Assembly: GCA_051362555.1 (NCBI GenBank)
Contig: CM120641.1
Coordinates: forward strand, 39,810,401 to 39,874,400
Reading direction: 5' to 3'
From: Lingula anatina
Lineage: Eukaryota > Animalia > Brachiopoda
DNA length: 64,000 bases
The notes under the pieces are model-generated. The model was not told where the DNA came from, searched no databases, and saw nothing but the letters and a program-made list of their open reading frames with translations. Position numbers and translations under genes: made by a program. Positions 57,201 through 64,000 of this stretch are shown in pieces; the first letter of the stretch is position 1, and every line of letters begins with the position of its first letter.

Positions 57201-59446
57201 CTTGTAACCAGATATTTTAAAATTTTTTGAGAAGGTGAACCTTTCTACTCTTAGGCAGCGTTCAGAACAGTGGACTTACTAGTCCGAGGGTCAAATATGG
57301 TTAACACGCTCGAATACTTTTCCACGGGGAATCTATTCAGTGTCTCTTTGCGGATTAGATGATAAGCTTTTTAGTGGGTCGCCATAATTAGTCCACTGTT
57401 CTAAATGTGGACTTTGTTGACCCAAGTGGAGAAATATATATACGTGTACACACACACACACACATGCACATACACACACGTGTGCATGCACGCGCATAAC
57501 CTGAATTGGATTTTGAACCCCTGGAGCCTCCCTTCAACTCCCTGTAGGGTTGCTTAGACTTGATAGAGATAATGTGTAGGTAGCCTTGACCAGTACCTCA
57601 TGTACTTAAGCTGTCAAAAATGGGAATGTTTGGAGATGGGTGCATTTCCTAAAGTATTAACCTGACTGTAATGTCTATGATGGAAGTTTGGGGATTTCAG
57701 GAGCCTGGTTAACTTTTAGATGCAGGGCTTGTGCACATCTATCATAACTTCAATGGATAGGAAGCGCTAATTGATGAATTATATTTATGGTAAACCTTAA
57801 TTACTTGTAAAGTGAAGGTTCCAAGATTCTGCAAAATAAGAAAAGGTTAGGGTACAAATGTACTCTTGTCTTAAAAAGCAATAACAAGAAGAAGTTCTCA
57901 TGAATAAATACAAAAATACAACTCTCAATAATTAATTGATTGGGATGATATTGCGAAATACTCGGCTGGGTAACATACATTTGAGCATTGATGCATATGT
58001 GACATTTTTTTTTACTTCCTGTACTTGTTTAAGAATAAATAAATTGTCCTAGCAATGTTTTTTTTTCTTCTTAACTTTCCTGCTAGTTATTACCACCTAT
58101 TCTTAAATATATACATAGATATATCTAATTTGTAAACTTCACCTGATAGCCATCTCGGATCAGTTACATGTCTATATTTTATGTGTACAGCATACACTAA
58201 TCAATCAGATATAAGCATTGTTTTTCTGCTACTTAAAGTAATCTGTAGGAATGTTGGTTTTACACAAAACACATAAGGAAGTTCAATTTAAGTTATATTG
58301 AGTTTAATAAACGTTTTTTTTTAAGTAAGACATGAATCTGAGTAATCTGTACAGGTAGTTTTAACAGTAGGGATGGACTGCAAGAGAAAACTGTTTTGGG
58401 AAATGTGCAAACCTTCATGTATTAAAAAAAAACCTTGGAAATAAAAGTGTTGTTTTCCTGTAAGATAAACACGTACACTAATTTGGAATCTTTAAAAAAG
58501 TAGATTATGGTAAATGTCGTGTTATTTTCAGGATTTAAATCCCTGTTGCGGATGGAAGACAGATTTTAAGTGTGCATTTGAACTTTATTAAGTTGATGAA
58601 ACAAGTTGGTTGTGGTGCTTCCTTAACATCCAGAAACCTCAGCTGTCTCTCAGTATCCAACATACCTTAATTAGTTTTGGCTAAGCAGCTGGAAGCATTG
58701 CCTAATTAACTAGAAGATGAACCATTCCACAGATTTTATTGATGTGCAAAATAGATCATTTTAGAATAAAATATTTTAGGAAAATAAAGCACTTTTTCTG
58801 TTGGCTTGGTAGTCCTTTTCATGGTACTGAGGTGTGCTTTTAATTCAGCATTAATTGAACTGAAAAAAAAGAATGTTTGCTCTTCCCCCCCCCCCAAAAA
58901 AAAAAAAATAAATAAATAAAAATCATTTTAAACTACTCTTTTCATAATATGAAATTCTCTTGTCGTAGCCATGAACATTTAGTTTTGTTATGTATATAAG
59001 GATTTTTTTCTTTGAAGTGAAAAACAAAATGCCCTCCTCCTTGTGCACTGATATAATCATCTTTTTCAGAATATGTAATAAGAAACAATGTTGTCTGGTC
59101 TCTAGTGACTTAAAAAGCTAATTAGGATGCAGAGGGTTGCAGAATTTCATATATATTATCTAATTGCTCCAGACGTGGAAACTGCCTGTCCAATTGGTCA
59201 TGCCTGCTTGAAATGCCAGAGGACCAGCAAGATTTTTGATATCAGTGGTTCTTTTCATATCACTCATATGTAACATTACTGAAAATAACCCCTTACAATA
59301 AATTGAGGTACTTTGTATCTATAGCCATGTAAAACCAAACCAGCGAGATTATATTGATCAGTTCATTTGATATACATTCTTGATTTGATTTTGTTTTCAG
59401 AGATTTGAAAAGTTCATTTACGGAGAACTATCAAAAAATATAGAGG

Positions 59447-59765
59447 ATGAGTGCTGACTCCACCACAGTGAAACTGGAGCCTATGTCTAATGGCATGGTG
59501 TCCATTGCAGACTATTCTTCTAATGGAATGGTGAATGGAGCTGTATTCTCTAGTGATCAAAGTGATACCTCCTCGCCTGATGATCGCACCATAGTGGTCT
59601 CCTCTCCTAGCCAGCTGGCGCTAGCGTCAAGCACAATGTCTCCAGATCAAGAAAATGGGGATGTAAAGAAGACATGTTTAGTTTGTGGAGATGTTGCATC
59701 GGGGTATCATTATGGTGTAGCATCATGTGAAGCATGTAAAGCATTTTTTAAGCGGACCATTCAAG
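59447..59765 (+). CDS. ERR: Estrogen-related receptor (NR3B), first coding exon; gene continues beyond window
   Basis: Acceptor ttttcag at 59400. VKLEP (SUMO-type motif) in the N-terminus, then the first zinc finger [31 protein letters not shown] with the ERR-diagnostic P-box EACKA. Phase-1 donor at 59766. Confidence 0.93.
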
Positions 59766-60732
59766 GTAGGCCATCTTTTGTGTTTTTTTTTTTTTTAGTT
59801 TGTTTTTAGAATTTTTCTGTCAAATTTATTTTTACACTGTCATACCCATAAAATTAATGCTTGTTTTGATGTGGAATTGTATAGCTTTAGCAGTTGTTGA
59901 AATTCTTGTGAGTCTCCTTTGTAAGATGACAAACGTCTTAAAGTGGGTGATGAAAAATAATGAAATTTTTAGCAGTTGTTGAAATTCCTGTCAATCCCTT
60001 TTGTCAAATGTAAAACTTTTTAAAGTGGATCATATAAAATGATGAATGATCTTTAATACATAATATAATGAGTTGCTTTGGGGATGAGATTTGTGGTGTC
60101 ACTATGCGCGGAAGGTTTGAAGCTGAACTTCATGAGAAATTTGCCTGGGGATGGAAACGTTCACATGCAAATATGGGATCAACCATCTTCTCTGCTTCCA
60201 ATTATTGAAAAGAAGGATGATTTATGGCGTTGTTCTTTATATTAGATTGGCTTTGTAGATAATATATTGGATCAATTATGTATGTGACAGTATACTTCCT
60301 AAAAACGTAAAACAGATTTACCTGTGATATGTACTGTAGTTGTGATTTTACACGTGAAAGTCTGAATTTAAACTTTTGTATAATTTTTTATATAATTATA
60401 TCCACATTATAAATTGTTTTAATTATAAATCAATTAATTTAATTGTAAAATTATATCTGTGACAATCTAGGCAATATTATTTAGATTATTTTTCACCATT
60501 CCTTTGAAAAATGTCATACATATAAATATAGATCAGATAGCTAGCCATATGGTCCAAAATTCTGGTACACACCTGCTGGTAAGCAAGTAAATTATCTAAG
60601 TAGTTTTCTTCTGGGGCTCACAGTATTTTCTAATTACCAGATCAAATGTAAATAGTTCCAGAATAGACCAAGAGCTACTTCTGTTGAAATTAACATGGCA
60701 CTTTGGAAAAAATATTGAGAATGTTTAGGATT

Positions 60733-60764
<32 letters not shown>

Positions 60765-62073
60765 GGAGTTGGTTTAGTTAGAAGTTGCTTCATACTGTTT
60801 TTTAGAGGGGACAATTTTGTCCAGCACCTAATGGGTTATATTTTTCTTTTTTTCTTGTTTTTGGGAAATGTGAGAAAATCTGTCCTGGTCAATATATTGC
60901 ACATTTGACGTCAAATTATATACAAATGTAATTTTACGTCTGTTGTGAAATTGGCTATGACAATAATGCAGCATCATATTACATACTGATTGTGCACATG
61001 GAGGGCAGTAGGTGGCAAAAATAACGGCAAGGGATTGATCTTCTGTCGTAAACAGACTTGACAGTAACAAAGTCAGTGACGCCAGACGATGGTTGAGGTT
61101 GTCTTTGAATATGCAGTTCCTGACCTCTTTGTGGCAAAGAAACTCACAGTTACAAAAGTCAGGAGAAAAACATTTGAGATACAATTAAATATCTGTATAT
61201 ATGCCACAATAATTATTTGCCGTGCCCCCAAGTTAACTCTTGTGGTAGGGAAATTTTGTATTGTTAAGTCACGCCTCTCGACAGCTCTTATAATAGACAA
61301 ACATTACTGGCTATATTGGCCCCAGTGACCTCATTGATTTGCATACTCCCTTTTTATTGCTTTTGAATGCAAGAACCCTGCAACCGGAGTATCACGGGAC
61401 AGATTTTGATTTCACCACTCATTTATTTGCAAATTTCTTGTTTACATGGCCTTACTCACAGTATATTTTGATGAAAATTGCTTAGATGGCTTTCATACTT
61501 ATTTTATGTATGAATTCAATAAAATGAGAGAGCTTGTATGTGAGGCTATATTGATGGTATTTAACCATTTACTCAGGCCTAGACAAAAAGAAAATTGGGC
61601 ACATTTTAAATAATTCACCAAGTATTTGGATCTGTGGTCTATTCTAATTCATCATCAATTAAAAAAACACCCTTGAGTCTATTACTACCTATACATTTAT
61701 TTGGCAAAACTCAATAGTCAATTATTGACTGAAGGTTATCTGTCAGTTAATTAGCAGAGGAGCATATTCTTCCTAAAAATCTGTTTTGAACTGATATCAG
61801 CATTTACTGTTACCAAAAAAATATTTTTTACGTTCACTGCCACCTGAATGTTCATGAGAAATGTGATCTATGCTGGAAATCCCATCCTCTACGGATCATT
61901 ACCCAGGTTTGTTTGTGATCAAGTAGTTGTTAAAATGATATCACGCTGGGCAGCAGCGGCATGAAATGCCACCCAGTCAAGCAGACTGTGGTATCATCTT
62001 CTGGGATTTTTATGTTGACATTCACTTTGGCATTTTCAAAAAAAAAAAAAAAATCACATATTTGTTTCCTATT

Positions 62074-62340
62074 TGGGCTCATTCAGAACAGAAGATCCAA
62101 GGATCAACTGATCCACAGATCAAATATGGCGGACCCTACATGAAAGTTAAGAAGAGCCTACTAATCCGCTGATGGTCTCCACACCTCCACACGCGCCATT
62201 AAATGGATCAAATCAAGGTTCGGAGGTTTAATTGCTAGACCCCCTGCAAGGACAGCATGTGTGGAGATGGGGAGACCATCAGCAGATTAGTCGGGTCTTC
62301 TTTCATGTAGGGTCCACAATATTTTATCCGTGGATCAGAT
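62074..62340. mobile_element. Hairpin MITE family A, diverged subfamily copy in ERR intron
   Basis: gggctcattcagaacagaagatcc start. Arms gaccctacatgaaag..ctaatc.gctgatggtctcc / ggagaccatcagcagattag..ctttcatgtagggtc. Confidence 0.75.
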
Positions 62341-64000
62341 GAAAAGAAGGGTGGACAGACAGATAAATATATTAATTTTGCTCCATGATAAACATGATTT
62401 TGGTTAAATCATAAATATACTGTGTTCACATTTGTCAATTATTTAAAGTTCCTTGCACTTGCCATTAATTTCCTGCTCCAAATTAACAGCAGCCATAGAC
62501 AGTAACTGTTCAATTTATGAATCCTTATAGTTCCCTGGTTGGTTATTTATACAGACACAGAAGACTGCTTTTAACGAGTTAGATTGAGGGTGTTATAAGG
62601 GACTGAATTAAGTCTGTCCTGGCTGTGTGAGACAATTAACTGACTGAGTCCTGTTGACCCAAGCTGACCTATGACTGTCTATATAAACAGGGATGTTGCA
62701 TAAGGTGCCTGGATATGAGGGGGCATATCAGGTGAATGCCAGTGCTCTGGCACCATTTACATAGCTTATCAACACCAGAACAAATCTGAACGAGAGAGAA
62801 AAAAAAAAGAAAAGGCAAAATGCGAGTTAAAAATATATGTTATGCAACACTGAATGTTTAGAAGGAGTAGGCAAAAAATTGATCCATCATTTAATGAAAG
62901 TAAAGAAGCAAATAATGATAGTGCAGCTAGAATCAATAACATAGTAATTGCAAATATTGCTTTGCAATACTTAGTAAATAATGCAAAACATGGTATAAAC
63001 CTCCTAATTTCCAACAATTTACACACAAAAAATGGCCTGGTGTATTGACTTTCAGTGCTGCAGGTAGTATTTTCCAGGTATTGCATAAGCTCAGCCCCAG
63101 TGGTAAGACCAACATTTGAGGATAGATTTTAGTAGCCTGTTTGTTTTATTGAACATTGAAGGCCGGATACCTAGCAACTGATTATCACTAAAACACTATA
63201 AGACATAAATATGCATTTATGGTGAAGAGATGATGCTATTTAATTTCTTGCCACTGATATCACACTTGACCACTGGCTGATATTATGTAATCAAGGCCAT
63301 TTCTGCACTGGGAATATTTTTGTAAATCATTACTTGGACTAAATAGAATTACTTCCCTAACTGTTGTGCATAATTTTTTAATAAGGAAGTATGAGGAATT
63401 TATCATGTAATCTTGCCTGTGAAATGTCTTGTAGAATGAGTATATATAGCACTGAATACTTGAGTGGTTTGATGTGAGTTAATTCCATGTCATTGCTCAA
63501 GGTATGTGCTGGTATTATTAAACCTGGCCATTAAAAGAATAAAAAAATCCTGGTGCAAGAAAACACACCTGTTCTTACACTTCATGCTAAAGATAATCAA
63601 GCAGAAAAAATTGTTATGTCATGTTATGAAAGTTAAATTAAGTGGTAAATATCCTGAATAAGAAAGAGGTCATTTAAAAGAACCTGTTTTGTGTTTGTTG
63701 CATTAGTTTTGCTGCATTGTATATGTATGAATTGGAATTATATTTATGTTTGTGGCCTGACCTAACCAGCTGTGAGAAAAATTGTATTATAAAATTTGAT
63801 TCATATTTCAAATGTGGCAAGAAGGTGAAGTGGTTTGATGTAGAAATGTGCACTGTTAAGTACAACAGTGTTATTCATCCCTGAATTGACCTGTTTGCAT
63901 ATCTTTGCTTATAAAAAAGGTGCTTTACATAGCACTTGATATCTAAACATGGGAAAGGGACAGTTAAGATCTTTGCAGTAGTTCCAAGATTGATTGCAAG

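Noticed and set aside
59766-64000. Further ERR exons or other genes
   Set aside because: The second zinc-finger exon was not found. The ORFs here have no recognisable motifs and look intronic.

Overview
AT-rich, intron-containing animal genomic DNA, probably a lophotrochozoan such as a mollusc (inferred from gene content and repeat style). I assembled seven protein-coding genes by hand from GT-AG splice sites with consistent phases: the 3' end of ZC3H14/Nab2 (+), THUMPD2 (-), a 17-exon leishmanolysin/CIROP-like M8 metallopeptidase with a SEA-like domain and a TM helix (+), CDKL1/4-type kinase (-), a TauE/SafE sulfite-exporter-family membrane protein (-), a YeeE/YedE (TsuA-like) thiosulfate-transporter-family protein (-), and the 5' part of the estrogen-related receptor ERR (+). 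The best candidate for a new system is the tandem, co-oriented pair of unrelated, bacterial-type sulfur-oxyanion transporter genes. The YeeE gene lies head-to-head with ERR across a region carrying ERRE/ERE, AP-1, NRF1 and CRE-like motifs, and an HRE+ARE pair sits upstream of the TauE gene. Together these suggest a possible animal sulfide-detoxification/thiosulfate-sulfite transport module. Several MITE families, a degenerate hammerhead-like motif and a possible Mab-21/cGLR pseudogene relic are also present. Family calls rest on motif recognition; no database search was run.
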